Assembly (NCBI RefSeq): GCF_004010195.1
Contig: NC_057718.1
Coordinates: 73,989,775 to 74,053,774 of the forward strand
Length of the DNA: 64,000 nucleotides
Source: Chiloscyllium plagiosum
Taxonomy: Eukaryota
Reading direction: 5' to 3'
Below are positions 1 to 13,365 of the stretch, piece by piece (the stretch's first letter is position 1; every line of letters starts with the position of its first letter). The notes below the pieces were generated by a model that ran no database searches, was not told where the DNA came from, and saw only the letters and a list, made by a program, of their open reading frames with translations. The position numbers and the translations under genes are program-made.

Positions 1-435
1 CACTAAACACTATATAGGACAAACAGGAAGACAGCTAACGATCTGCATCCATGAACATCAACTAGCCACGAAACGACACGACAAGCTATCCCTAGTAGTC
101 ACACACGCAGACGACAAGCAACATGAATTTGACTGACACAAGACTACCATTATAGGACAAGCCAAACAAAGAACAGCCAGGGAATTCCCAGAAGCATGGC
201 ACTCATCCACAAACTCCATCAACAAACACATCGACCTGGACCCAATATACCGGCCACTACAGCGGACAGCTGAAACTGACAACCGGAAGTGGCAGGGACA
301 GGCCACTATAAATGCCAGAGGAAACACCAGAGAAGCGCTTCACAGGAGGCTCCCAAGCACTGAGGATGTCACCTAGACAGGGGACGAAACGTCTGCAACA
401 AAAATTTCCAGCTCGGCGAACTGAACCACAACAAG
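1..435 (+). mobile_element. 3' end of a Penelope-like element (GIY-YIG endonuclease remnant plus pseudo-LTR)
   Basis: Frame from nt 2 reads TKHYIGQTGRQLTICIHEHQLATKRHD...HEFD*...AREFPEAWHS...INKHIDLDPIY, a PLE-type GIY-YIG domain with one stop, followed by a hammerhead motif. Confidence 0.85.
354..397 (+). ncRNA. Minimal type I hammerhead ribozyme motif (PLE-associated)
   Basis: CTGAGGA (360-366), stem II GTCACCT/AGGGGAC, GAAAC-GTC (386-393) with palindromic ACGT stem III, short stem I GCA/TGC. Confidence 0.7.
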
Positions 436-732
436 TATTGTAATATAACATCAAACCTGCATCCAAGTTTGTAGATTAATTTTCAAATTTCATACCTACT
501 TTCCTTTAGAACCACAGGAGAAAAGACACATTATCACTTCTTAGGCCTCCTAACCCACTTATACTCTAGATACATGGTTATTCATAGTTGAAACTTGCTG
601 GAATACCAAAGAGTTTTTTGTTTTGCATTTGACAAGTGAAATCCAACTGACAATCGCATACACATGCAGCTATGTAAATTTTGAAGGAACCACCAATTCT
701 GCTTAAATAATTGCAAAACTTCTTGTCAACAG

Positions 733-888
733 AGGAATTCAATGACCGGATCTTATGTCCAGAGTTGACTGATGATGAGATGCAAACTCTTCACGCGGAA
801 GTGAAGAAAATTTACGTGACCTATTGTCTTGATGAAAGCATTGATAAAATCAAATTTGATCCATTTATTGTGGAAGAGATACAACAGG
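733..888 (+). CDS. SNX14: SNX14 coding exon (RGS domain), [52 protein letters not shown]
   Basis: CAG acceptor 730-732, GTAAGT donor at 889; peptide recognisable as vertebrate SNX14; phase 1-1. Confidence 0.95.
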
Positions 889-2461
889 GTAAGTTTTTTC
901 CGTTGTTTATTATATCTAGGAAATTAAATGGAAAGTCAGATAACACTTCAGTTGGGATCATTTTCTTCACCTGTTTCTAGTCATTTAGGCAGGACCTCAG
1001 TATCTGGTAAATGAGTAAATTGCTTTTAACTTGAATGCACTCAGAATACACGTCGGTCTTTGTTCTCACAAATTTGTAAAATAATATCCAACTCACTTAT
1101 TTTATTCCGACAGACTTTAAATTATGCTGCCAATTTGCAGGAAGAATTTTTTCCTTGGGTTCATATTCATAATTGCAATGCACTCCATTTAGAATCTGCA
1201 TTTTTTTCATTTGCTATCCTGATGTGCAAGTACTGACCCTGTTACAAAATACAACACAAATAAAATTGCTTTGAAGTGAAACCCAAGCAGTATTCAACAA
1301 TATTTAAAGGCTCAGTGGTGGCCAAATTTATGTTCTGATTCTAATTCAGTGTGGTAGTGCTTAGTATCTGCTAGTCTCAGACAAGATGGTGCAGGTTTAG
1401 TTGGATGAACAGCTGGCAAGCTTAGCACAAAATGAATATTATGATCACAAACGAATGGGTAGGGGTCATGCTTGCACCCCACACACACCAAACATGCACA
1501 CCACAAGCTCACTCCATATGTGTTCCCACAATATGCGTGACCCCATGCTCCACACATGCACCCCTCTCACCATATCATTGCAGGAGCTTAAATGGTTCAA
1601 TGTTGCTATCTCCCTCACTATATCCAAGAGTTCCTTGAGGGGATGTTAATCATTCTACACCTGATAAGTTGTTCCTGATATGCATCCCTATTTTCCATAA
1701 TCTAAAATCCTTTATTCAATTTGTAATTTAGATTAGGGTGATTTAAAATTCTAGATTACTTTTTCAATGTTGCAGTTCTGTATACCATTATTTTATATGC
1801 TGCTCTTCAAAATTAGAAAGCTCAGAGCTCCTATTATTCCTGCTGATTCAGACTGTCTAAGTTTGGAGATCAACATTGTAGATCCTCGTTGGACCGTTCA
1901 TAATGTTTGAAATTTCCAATGTCTTAGCAGTCAAAACTGGCCATAGTATACAAGCCTTATTTATCAAAATTTCTGACTTCCTTTGAATTAGATTATGTAG
2001 TGTTAGGCTAAATGCTTTAAATTTGTGGATTTCATGTTCTTAATTGATTTGGCGTGTTGAGGTTTAGATTGATTTAATGTTCATAAGCCTTTCAAATCCT
2101 TGTAACTCCTAATTCTTGTATTTGATAAAAATGCATTTTTAAAAATACTTTTCTGTATTTTTAGTTGTGGACCTAAATGGGAAAACAACTGTTTCAGGAA
2201 ACAAAAATTGTTGAAGGATTGTATGCTTCATAAAAGCAAGTAACCAGACACTCATAATGAGTGTTGTTTATGCAGCTGCTTGTTCAAGCACTAGTGCAAG
2301 ACTAGTTCGTAGATAAGTTGGAGCCAAGAGGTGTGTATGAATGGAGCTTTTGTTGGCAATATGTAGCTGATTGATCTGTGGACTAGTGATCAGTTATTAA
2401 TGACTAAGGCCTTCTGCCTGCCAACAACTGTGATTGTCTCCCAGCTAGGCTCTGACTTCTT

Positions 2462-2826
2462 TGAATCATAGAATCCCTGCAGTGCGGATACAGGCCCTTC
2501 GGCCCAAGACCACACCAACCCTCCGAAGACTAACCCACCCAGATCCATTCCCCTATCCTATATTTCTATATTTACCTCTGACTAATGCCCCAAACCTATA
2601 CCTCCTTGAACACAATGGGCAATTTAGCCTGGGCAATTTAGCCTGGCCAATTCATCTAACCTGCACATTTTTGGACTGTGGGAGGAAACCAGAGCACCCA
2701 GGGGAAACCCACACAGACAGAGGAAAATGTGCAAGCTCCATACAGACAGTCACTCGAGGCTGGAATTGAACCATAGTCCCTGGTTTCTGAGACAGCAGTG
2801 CTAACCACTGAGCCACCGTGCTGCCC
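2462..2826 (-). mobile_element. HE1-type V-SINE (tRNA-derived)
   Basis: Reverse complement starts GGGCAGCACGGTGGCTCAGTGGTTAGCACTGC with A/B boxes, V-domain and CR1-like tail. Confidence 0.9.
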
Positions 2827-2879
2827 CAGAAGCAATTTGGAGAAGCAATCTGATCTCTGCAAAGCTGGCCTTTCCGGCC

Positions 2880-3045
2880 TTCCCTTCCACCCCATCTCCA
2901 GGCTCTCCTTTAACATGACAGCTCTGAAGAAGAGTTATATCAACTTGAAACGTTAGCTCAAGTTCTCTTTCCACGGATGCTGTGAGATCTGCTGAGTTTA
3001 TCCAAAATTGCTTTTTCAGATTTCCGCTCCATGGTATTTTGCTTT
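2880..3045 (+). mobile_element. Penelope pseudo-LTR fragment with hammerhead motif
   Basis: AGCT-CTGAAGA(2924-2930)-AGAGT..ACTT-GAAACGTT-AGCT. Confidence 0.65.
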
Positions 3046-3527
3046 GAACCCTTCTTTCTCCTGGTCTGTCTGGTCTGCATGTGTGTAGAGCGGGTGTTTA
3101 CAAGGGGTTTAGAGTTTTAACAAGTTGAGTTGTCTATTGACAGTTCATAAAATTTTTGAGTTAGAGTTTGTTTTTTTGTAATAAATACTTATTTTTGTTA
3201 AGTACAGAAAGCTGGTCAATGCTTTCTGTCAGCTACAGTATAAAAGAGCATAAGTTGGGAATTCTGCACACTTCATAAAATCTTTAAATTCTCTGACTCC
3301 AAGAAATTCAGTAATTGATTTTCAGAGTGCTACCCCACAGTGAGGTGTATCAAGTTTTAATTCTGTCAAATGTTTCACACCACTTAGGGTGAACATGTAT
3401 TATTTATTCCTTTGCTTAATGGCCAGTGGAGTTTATCTGCCATTTTCCTGACCTTTATGTATGTTGTCCATTAAGACTCTACAAAATGTGAACTGAACGA
3501 GGATATTCAATGCCCTGCGTGTACAAA

Positions 3528-6025
3528 GAACATAAACAACACAGCGCAGACCAGGCCCTTTCTCGATGTTATGCCGACCTGTGAACTTATCGGAGGAGAA
3601 AGTGAGGTCTGCAGATGCTGGAGATCAGAGCTGAAAATGTGTTGTTGGAAAAGCGCAGCAGGTCAGGCAGCATCCAGGGAACAGGAGAATTGACGTTTCG
3701 GGCATAAGCCCTCCTTCAGGAATCCTGAAGAAGGGCTTATGCCCGAAACGTCGATTCTCCTGTTCCCCGGATGCTGCCTGACCTGCTGCGCTTTTCCAGC
3801 AACACATTTTCAACTGTGAACTTATCGGAGCCCATCCCCCTACACTATCCCATCATCATCCATGTGCTTATCCAAGGATTGTTTAAATGTCCCTAATGTG
3901 GCTGAATTAACTACAATGGCAAGCAGGGCATTCCACACCCTTACCACTCTGAGTAAAGAGCCTGCCTCTGACATCGGTCTTAAATTTATCACCCCTCAAT
4001 TTGTAGTTATGCCCCCTGGTACAAGCTGACGTCATCATCCTAGGAGAAGACTTTCACTGTCTACTCTGTTTAATCCTCTGATCATCTTGTATGTCTCAAT
4101 CAAATCTCCTCTTAGCCTTCTTCACTCCAATGCGAACACACCCAATTCTGTCAGCCTTTCCTCATAAGAACTTCCCTCCAGATCAGGCAAGATCCTAGTG
4201 AATCTCCTCTGCACCTTTTCCAATGCTTCCACATCCTCCTTACAATTGGGTGACCAGAACTGTACACGGCATTGTTTTGTATAGTTGCAGCATGACATTG
4301 CGGGTCTGGAACACAATCTCACTACCAATAAAACCTAACACACCGTATGCCGCCTTAACAGCACTATCAACCTGGGTGGCAACTTTCAGGGATCTATGTA
4401 CATGGACTCCAAGATCCCTCTGCACATCCACACTACCAAGAATCTTTCCATTGACCCAGTATTCTGCCTTCCTGTTATTCTTTCCAAAGTGAATCACCTT
4501 ACATTTATCTGCACTGAACTCCATTTGCCATCTCTCAGCCCAATTCTGCAGTTTATCCAAGTCGCCCTGCAACCTGCAACATTCTTCCACCCACTCCGCC
4601 GCTCTACCAACTTTAGTGTCATCTGTAAATTTACTAATCCATCCACCTATGCCTGCGTCCAAGTCCATTATAAAAATGGCAAACATCACTGGTCCCAAAA
4701 CAGATCCTTGTGGCACACCATCAGTAACCGGACTTCAGGCTGAATATTTTCCATCAACCACCACTTGCTGCCTTCTTACAGCAAGCCAGTTCCTAATCCA
4801 AACTGCTAAATCACCCTCAATGTATGCCTTCACATTTTCTCCAACAACCTACCATGTGGAACCTTATCAGAGGCTTTACTGAAGTCCATGTACACCATGT
4901 CAACGGCCCTACCCTCATCCACATGCTTGGTCACCTTTTCAAAAAAGCTCATTGAGGTTTGTTAGGCATGACCTGTCTTTGATGCAACCATGTTGACTAT
5001 CTGCAATCAAATTGATGCTTGCTAAATGATTATAAATCCTATCTCTTCGAATCCTTTTCAAAACCTTTCCTACAACAGACGTAAGGGTCACTGGTTTATA
5101 ATTACCTGGGTCATCTCTGCTGCCCTTCTTGAACAAGGGCACAACATTTGCAATCCTCCAGTCCTCTGGTACTAGACAATGACGACTCAAAGATCAAGGC
5201 CAAAAGCTCCAACATCTCCTCACTAGCTTCCCAGAGAATCCTTGGATAAATCCCTTCTGGCCCAGGGGGCTTGTTTACTTTTACTCCTTCTAGAATTGAT
5301 AACACCTCTCCTTTAATAACCTTGATCCTTTCTAGTCTAATATCCGGTATCTCATTCTTCTCCTCTACAATTTTCTCCTTTTGCCTGAGTGAAAACAGAT
5401 GAGAAATATTCATTTAGCACCTTTCTGATCTCCACAGGGTCTACACACAACTTCCGACTTCTATCTTTGACTGTCCCTATTCATACCCTAGTCATCCTTT
5501 TATACCTCACATACGTATAGAATGCTTTAAGGTTCTCGTTTATTCTGTCTGCTAAAAACTGCTCATGTCCCCTCCTTGCCCTTCTTAACTCTCTCTTTAA
5601 ATCCTTCCTAGCTAATCTGTAATTCTTCATCGCCTCATCCGAACTATCTCGTCTCGACTTCACATTAGCCTCCTCCTTTCACTTAACAAGAGATTCAATT
5701 TCTTTAGTAAACCACGGTTCAGTTATCTTATCACTACTTCCCTGCCTGATAGGGACATAACTATCAAGGACATGCAATATCTGTTCCTTTAGCCAGCTCC
5801 ACATTTCCATTGTCCCCATTCTATGCATCTAAGTCTTGCCTAATCGCATTATAATTGGCCTTCTCTTTACCCCCCCCCTGCCAAAATCAATAACTCTTGC
5901 CCTGTGGCATGTACCTATCCCTTTCCATCGCTAAATTAAACATAACCAAATTATGGTCACACTCTCCAAAGTGCTCACCTATCACTAAATCAAACAACTG
6001 ACCTGGTTCATTACCAAGCACCATC
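3528..6025 (-). mobile_element. CR1/HER1 LINE, 5'-truncated and decayed
   Basis: ORF fragments PEDWRIANVVPLFKKG..PGNYKPVTLTS, PQGSVLGP..FTDDTK, LEKVQRRFTR; AGAAC-type 3' tail near 3528. Confidence 0.95.
3596..3813. mobile_element. Fold-back Penelope pLTR insertion carrying a hammerhead
   Basis: ~90-bp inverted arms around 3720; HHR GAATC-CTGAAGA-A-GGGC-TTAT-GCCC-GAAACGTC-GATTC (3720-3757); flanking direct repeat CTGTGAACTTATCGGAG at 3579-3595 and 3814-3830. Confidence 0.85.
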
Positions 6026-6136
6026 CAGTATACTCTGCAATTGAATAAGGTAATATCTGATCTGATATTCCTCACTCCTGTCTTTTCCTCATAACCATTA
6101 ATTTCTCTTCCTCATTAAACATCTGTCTATCTCAAC

Positions 6137-9100
6137 AGTAGTGATTGGAATTCGGTGAGATTATTGACTGAGATCCTTGACTAGCTTTGTTAACCTGGGC
6201 CAATCAGGGACCTCTGGCTGACAGAGATAAATGGGATTCAAAGAGTCTCCTGACTTCAAGGACTGACTCTGAGCTAGTTGGTTACAGCCAGTGTACTGTG
6301 CACATGTAAATAAAGGATGAGTTAGTGATGGGATACCAGCCTCTGAAGTTACTTCAGTTGCGACTGGAGAAAACGTGCCTGAAGAACATTTGCTCACCAT
6401 TGTCGTCTTTGAGTTGAGCTAAGCATTTCTGGTATCATGTCTTTATTCAGGAAGCTTGACTCGTCATCGAAGACTGGGCTCAGTATGTGGAAAGAATGCA
6501 ATGTTTTTTTGAAATAAATGATATTGAGGCAGATGAAGAGCAATGATTAATCCTTCTGGTTGCTTATGGTCCTGCAGCATTTTCGCTTATTAGAGGCTTA
6601 GCTTTCCCAAAGGTACCAGACACCAAAATCTTCTAAGAGTTAACGGATTTGGTTGAGGAATATTACGACCCCAAACCACCACTAATTCTGAGACACTATC
6701 CGTTTTATTGGACTATTAGCCAAGTTTTACAAGCCCTGACTTGAGTAAGAAAACCGGTCGGTATCCAGGAGAGTGCACACCCTGAAAAATCCACCAGCAG
6801 AATCCATACTTGGATTTTTGACAAAGTTAAGATAACTGGCAGAGGCATATGATTTTGGGTTAACAGTGAATGAGATGCTGAGAGACTGTTTGGTATGTGG
6901 GATTAAAGTTGTCGTCATGCAAAAGCGCCTACTAGCTGAAGCCCAACTGGACTTCAAACAGGCTTTGTCATTATAAATATGCCAAATTGAGCATGGGAGC
7001 TACAGGACATCCTAATGGAAGTGGTCACCCTCACCTGTTTGACTGAGCTTGGGGAATACCATTTGAGTGTAAGCAATTGCAGAGTTTCACTCAGGGTATG
7101 TTCTGAAGCAGAGGGACCCCTAGGCCAGCTCACAGCAAAACCCCATGACAAAGCCGAGCCTCAGCCAAATGGCTGAAAAGCTCTGCAGGATTGGGGCTGG
7201 CAAGTCATTGTCGTTGCTGCCAGAGTTCGGACTCGAGACAGCAAAAGAGTCCTACGAACCCTGACTTGAATAAGAAAACAAGTAGGCCAGTAATCAGGAC
7301 AGTGCAATCCCTAAAAAGTAATATCTACCTGTGGATTGGAACAGTTAGATTGCTTAGCAACCTCCAAATCACAACCAATTAAAATTAATGTCTGGTTAAA
7401 TGGTCATCTAGTTCTCATTGAGCTTGATACCAGCGCAGCTGTATCAGTAGTTTGCAGAACCTATATTTAACAAGATTCTCTGTGGTCTCCAATCCACGTT
7501 TGTGCAAGACTTCAGCAAGACTGAGAATGTATGCTGAGGAACCATTACAATTAATGGTATGACTTCAGTTCCTGTCTCCTCTGGGAAGCAGTTGGTGCAA
7601 TTACCACTGTAGTCAGAGACTCTGGTCCAAGCCTATTGGGGTAGAATTTGTTGAGAAAGATTCACCTTGATTGAGTCAACATTTTTTGATTAGAAGATGG
7701 CTGTCTCTGTGTAATCCTAATGAAATAACCATGAGTTTTTCAGGAAAGGCTAGCAACTATCAAAGGAGCCAAGACCATTTTATATGTTGATCAGGAAGCA
7801 ATTCTGTGATTTTGCAAAGCCCGCCCAGTGCCATTTGCCTTGCAGGCAAAAATAGTGGCAGAAATCAGGAGGCTGGAAAGTAAAGGAATTATCAAACCAG
7901 TGCAGTTTGCGGAATGGGCAGCACTGGTTGTGAAGCCTGACAACTGCTGTTTGCAGCAGGATAAATGCCGAATTGCTTGCATAAAGGACTTATTCACAGA
8001 ATTGAGAAGGGCGGGGGGGGAGCTGTCCTTCACAAAGTTGGACATAAGTTAGGTGATGAATCCCAGAAGTAGATCACAATTAATACCCATATGGGTTTTT
8101 ACAAATATACAAGACTGCGATTTGGGGATTTTTCCAGGGAATGATGGAGAATGTTTTATAAGGGCTACCCCAGGTTGCTATTAATTTGGTGCTAATAACT
8201 GGAAAGACCAATAAAGAGCACTTGGAAAGCTTGGACATAGTGCTTAAATGCTTTTCCCAGGTGGGCGTACACCTTAGAAGGGAAGAATGTATGTTCTAGG
8301 TGCTCCAAGTGATATACTTTAGTTACAGCTGACAAAACTGCATTACACCCATTGGAAGATAAAGTTAGGGCAATCAAAAGTGCCTGGCTTAGGTCTTTCC
8401 TTGGGTTAATAAATTATTATGGGAAATTCATACTTACCCTAGCCACTATCTTGGCACCCTTACACCTGTTGAAAAAGGGTTAGCCGTGGAAAAGGTTATG
8501 TAGCCAAGAAATACCCTTTAAGGAAGTGAAAAAGCAGCTATTGCCATCTAAGGTGTTGGCCCATTTTGATCCGAAGCAAGAGGTGGTGCTGACATGTAAT
8601 GCTTCCCTGTATGATCTTGGGGTAGTGTTTGCTCACCAGTGGTCCAACAGCAGGAAGCAGCATGTTTTTCCTGGACTTTGGCTAATGCCGAAAGCAAATA
8701 CACAGATAGTGAAGGGAAGTTTGGCGGTCATCTTTGGTATGAGAAATTTCTACCAATACCATTACGGATGTAAATTTGTCATAGTAACAGATCATAAACC
8801 GTTAAAACTACTTAAAAATGATGAAGCCACGCCACCCATTGCTCCTGGTTCGCTTCAGCGTTGGGCCCTTATTCTCAATACATACAAGTTGGAACATACT
8901 CCAGGAGGCCCAGTGGTTCAAGCCACCTCCCACAGGCAGAAACTCCACTAATGGTGCCTCCTCTGGAAGAGTCTGTTCTGGTTTTAAATTTTCTGGACAC
9001 CTTTCTGGTCCCCACTGGCAGTGTCTGACTGTGGACACAAAGGGCCCGTCCCGATGAAACTAAAATAGCTGGTGGTAATGGGGAAAACAAAAGGGCCATC

Positions 9101-9439
9101 ATAACCAGGACTGAAGCTTTTCCCGGACCCAGTGAGACCTGAGGAAAGGTTGCTGCTAGAACTGGCTGTGGGCACAAAGTTATGTCTGGCAGCGAGGATT
9201 GGATGCCAATATAGCTGCAGTTGAGGGCAGTGCCAACAAAGACAATAATTGTCTTTGGCGGCACCCTCACATTCATGGCAATGGCCGGGTAAACCCTGGA
9301 TTTGGTTACATGTTAACTATGCTGGTCCTTTCATGGACTCAATGTTCTTGATCATTGTGGATGCCCATTCAAAGCATTGAGTTCATATAAATAAAGGGTG
9401 GCTTGGTGATGGGATACTAGCTTCTGTCCAGTTATTTCA
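6137..9439 (+). mobile_element. Ty3/Gypsy (Mag/K02A2.6-like) LTR retrotransposon, internally deleted, nested in an older CR1
   Basis: 5' LTR 6137-6356 ending TTACTTCA then degenerate PBS TTGCGAC; gag EDWAQYVERM; protease LIELDTSAAVSV (~7400-7450); RT and RNase H fragments (7828-8951); integrase start PWIWLHVNYAGP..IVDAHSK; partial 3' LTR ~9385-9439 matching the 5' LTR end. Confidence 0.88.
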
Positions 9440-10560
9440 TCAGTCTTAAATGTATACATGGACTCTGCCTCGCAGCTGTCTGTGCAAGGAGTTCAAAAGA
9501 CACTCAACCCTCTGAGAGAAGAAATTCATCCTCATCTCAGCCTTAAGTTTGCACCCCTTTATTCTGAGACTGTGCCATCTGATCCTAGATGCTCCATTGA
9601 GGAGAAACATTCTCTCAGCATTTACCATGTCAGGCTCCTTAAGAATCCTATTTTTCTGATGATAGATTAATTGGCCTATATTAGTTGCCTTCCTCCTGTT
9701 TTGAACAGAGGTGTCACATTGGCAGTTTTCTAATCCTCTGGTACTGCAGATTCCAAGGACCTTGGAAAATTACAACCAATGCTGTTTATGATTCTGTGGT
9801 GCAAGTCATTGGGGCCAGGGGACTTATCTGCCTTTAGCCCCATTCATTTGTCTATTATTAATGCTCAAGTGATGTTGATGGTACTTAATTCCTCCCATGT
9901 ATTCTTTAGTATTAATGGGATGTTCGAAGTATCTTCCACCATAAGACTGATGCAAAATACCTGTTTAACTCCTCTGCCGTTTTTTTTGTCCCCCATAATT
10001 ATTGCTCCGGTTTGATTTTCCAAGGGATCAATATTCACTTTGACTTCTGACTTTCTTTTTGTGTTTAAAGAAACTGTCCTTGTCAGCTTCCATATTCCTC
10101 GCTGGTTTACTCTCATAGTTTATTTGCTTTCTCTTTTAATATCTTTTTCTGCCTCCTTTTTTGGATTTTGAATTTGATCCCAGTCTTTGGGGCAATCACT
10201 GACTTTTACATCCTGTACATGCTGCTTGTTTCAACTTCATAATCTCCTTAACTTCCATGCTTAGCCTTGGTTGGTTTATCCCTCTCTTAGACTATAATCT
10301 TCCCTCTTTACTGAGATATATTTTTGCTGAAAGTCATGAATTACCTGCTTAAATATCTGCCACTGCTTGCTGACTGCCTTTCCTGCCCAGTCCAGTTTAA
10401 CTGACTTTATCCTCATTTCGTTGTAATGTCCTTCTATGATCCTATTATATTTTTAAGTTAAAAACAGTGGCTTCCAATCCAACATTCTCACACCCAAACT
10501 GAATATTAAATTCTAGCATGTTATAGTTACTACTTCTTGGGGGATATTGACTCCCAAACA
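9440..10560 (-). mobile_element. Old CR1 LINE fragments (host of the Gypsy insertion; other half at ~6030-6136)
   Basis: ORF track AERMFLLNGASRIRWHSLRIKG..FFSQRV and DKSPGP motif on - strand. Confidence 0.8.
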
Positions 10561-10864
10561 CTAGCTATACTCTAGGCAATGCTATAACTCAACAAAAAAG
10601 AAGCATGCAAAAAGAATAGAACAATCCTTAATGTGTTCTATTAATTTGTTATTGTAGCTACCCTTTCCAATTTTATTGACCCCAATCAATATGAAGATTA
10701 AAGTCATCCATAATTATTGCTGTATTCTTTGATCTACTGTTTCAGCAGTTGAGCTGCATTGGTAATTATTTCTTTGCAGTTTGTGTTGCATGCAATTTAT
10801 AATTTTGTAAAGCTGTAACCCAGCTGGATAAATTGAAGTTATTGGCTGTATTATAACCTTGCAG

Positions 10865-10989
10865 TTGCAGAAGGATCTTACAGGAATGTAGTGAAACTTC
10901 AGACCATGCGCTGTTTGTTCGAGGCATATGAACACGTCATGAATCTGCTTGAAACTGTATTTACGCCTATGTTTTGTCACAGTGATGAG
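10865..10989 (+). CDS. SNX14: SNX14 coding exon, [42 protein letters not shown]
   Basis: CAG acceptor 10862-10864, GTATGG donor at 10990; in frame with previous exon (G|TT). Confidence 0.95.
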
Positions 10990-11929
10990 GTATGGAATCT
11001 GTTATTTCTGTTTGCTTTGCATTCTTTTAACCCTGCAACTGAGACTTGAAGTAAATATTTCCTGTGTGAATTCTGAATAGGAGTCAAAAGATGCTTATTG
11101 AGAATTGTGTTTCTCGAGGGCTTCTTTCTGAATTTCAGCGTCCAGTTTTTCATTTTGGAGTATTTTCATTCTCACTGATTCTTTAATGCAATGAGATGTA
11201 ATCACTAGTAATTTTTGTGTATTTGCTAAAATATTAGGCATTTGGTCTCAGAGCAGAACTGAAATATCTTGTCAATAATTGTCAAATCCCATTAAACTTA
11301 AGGGCATGTCATGCAAGAAAGTTTAAATTTCCTGGGCATTGCAACATTTAAATTAGCATAGGGCAACAGCCATATGTTAGGCAGAAAAGGTTTTCTGTCA
11401 ATGACATTTCATAAATGATTTGTAAGGGGTTTATTACTTGTGACTGAGCTTTTCTGACCTCCCAATTGGCTAGGTGACCTTTTCTTTTGTTGACAGGCCC
11501 CATTCGCAATCTCTCTTTTGTAGCCACCCAAAGCTCAATCCACCTTTCTCTGAATCCCCCCTCCTTGCCGTTTATGGCCACATGCTTATCTCCACCATTG
11601 GATCTCTCCTTTGAAGATTTCCCTTTCTAAAGATCGCTCATGCCTCTTAGCAGAATGTCAGCAGCCTCCTGTCCTGAGCTCTGTCAGTAGGGCTCCTAAC
11701 TTTACATTATCAAAGGCCTTTTGTAAATCTGGATAAACGACGTCTACTGCATTACATTTTCCTACTCTTACCTTTTATGACACTATTTTATCAGTTCCCT
11801 TAGTTATATAAATGGATGTTCAAGATAGAATAACGAACTGAGAGTTCCTTCTCAATCCCATAATCCTCAGAAAATACTTTGGCTGAATATCGAAATATGA
11901 CATTGAGGAATTTGTAGTGATACTGTGAT

Positions 11930-13365
11930 CATGCAGTGACTTCTCGAGGTTAAAATTTTACAGTCTGTGCAACAGATCAAAAACTACAGCAGGGAATTGG
12001 TGAATATGCTGTGCTTAGATTTCCAGAAGACATTTAATAGTGCGTCGCATCAAATGTTACTGCGGAAAATAGAAGCTCCATAATGTGCAGGTGACTCATT
12101 GGCATAGGTAAAAGATTGCTTCCTAATAAGCAGCCAGAGACTAAGTACAAGTGTTTTTTTCTGGTTGATCTGATGTAATGAGCATTGTATCACATTAATC
12201 AGTGCCAGGATCTCAACTGTTTACAATTATATGAATAATTTGGATGAAGGGGTGAAAGGAATGATAGGAAGGAAATTAAGTTGTGACATGGCATAAGCAA
12301 GCTACAAAAAGATATAGCTTATGTGATGAGACAATGTGGAAATGGAGTATAATATGGAAAATGTGGATTGTCCATTTTGGCAGGAAGAATAAAAATGCAG
12401 CATATTATCTTAAAGATGAGGGATTGCAAAGCTGAGAGATGCAGAGGGATGTGTGGCCTTGAGCATGAATCTTAAAAGTATGATCTATTAAGATCATGGC
12501 TGATAAGTAAGTATCAAGGGTAGCTAATTAGAAACAAAATGCTGGAGGTCACAGCAACTCAAGCAGCATCCATGGAGAGAAAGCAATCTAATGTTTTGAA
12601 TCTACATGACTATTCAGCTAGATGATGAAGAGTTGTCTAGACTCGAAACGTTAGCTTGCTTTCTCTCCTGCGTGCTGCCTGACCTACTGTGATCTGCAGC
12701 ATTTTTTATTTTCAGTACAGATTCCAGCATTTGTCGTAATTTGCTCCTAGCCAATTAGAAAGTTACGAATTGCAGAAAACTTTAATACAAAAATAAGGTG
12801 ATTTATGCTTCGATTATACAGGGCACTAGAGAAACCACAGCTGGAATATTATATTGATTACATGACTTAATGAAGGGCGTAAATGCATTGGAAGCAGGTC
12901 AAAGAATGTTTATCAGATTAACACCTGGATTGGACAGGTTGCTCAATTTTTCCTCTAAACAGTCTAGAAATGAATACTCTGTACTTTACAAGAGTAACAA
13001 GCAACTTTGTTAAAACACAAAATCCTCAGTGGTCTTGACAGGATAGATGTAAAGAGATGTTTCCTCTTATGGGAGAATCTAGGATTAGTGGTCTCTGTTT
13101 ATGATAAAAAAGAAATTTAAAACATATGAAGTGAATTCTTTTCTCTTTGGGTCATAAGTATTTGGAACGCTTCCTGAAATTATGGTGGAAGCAGATTCTT
13201 TGAATATTTTTAAGACTGAAGTGGATAGATATTTGGCAAGCCAAGGCAGAACTTTATTGGGATATAAGAGCATGTGGGTTGAAGTTATAATCAGATCAGC
13301 CATGATCTTAAGTGGTGGAACAGGTTCGATGGGACAAGGACCGACACCTACTCTTTTCGTGAGGG
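11930..13365 (+). mobile_element. Old CR1 LINE 3' portion
   Basis: Decayed LDFQK, QRD, LEKPQLEY motifs and MVEADSLNIFKTEVDRYL C-terminus. Confidence 0.75.
12529..12750. mobile_element. Second, older fold-back Penelope pLTR family with degenerate hammerhead
   Basis: Inverted arms AAAATGCTGGAGGTCACAGC../..CTGTGATCTGCAGCATTTT; core aTGATGA-AGAGT..ACTC-GAAACGTT-AGC at ~12621-12656. Confidence 0.65.

Noticed and set aside
711..980. Stand-alone 89-aa gene
   Set aside because: It is an SNX14 exon (733-888) plus intron read-through; the same applies to 45755-45970
1401..1649. His/Thr-rich ORFs
   Set aside because: Arise from CA-rich low-complexity sequence; no splice or homology support
2190..3352. 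Old solo LTR interrupted by SINE and pLTR
   Set aside because: TG..CA-like ends and AATAAA are present but no TSD or second copy supports it
3625..3813. Recurring small ORFs such as MKMCCWKSAAGQAAS
   Set aside because: Translations of the non-coding fold-back pLTR repeat on either strand
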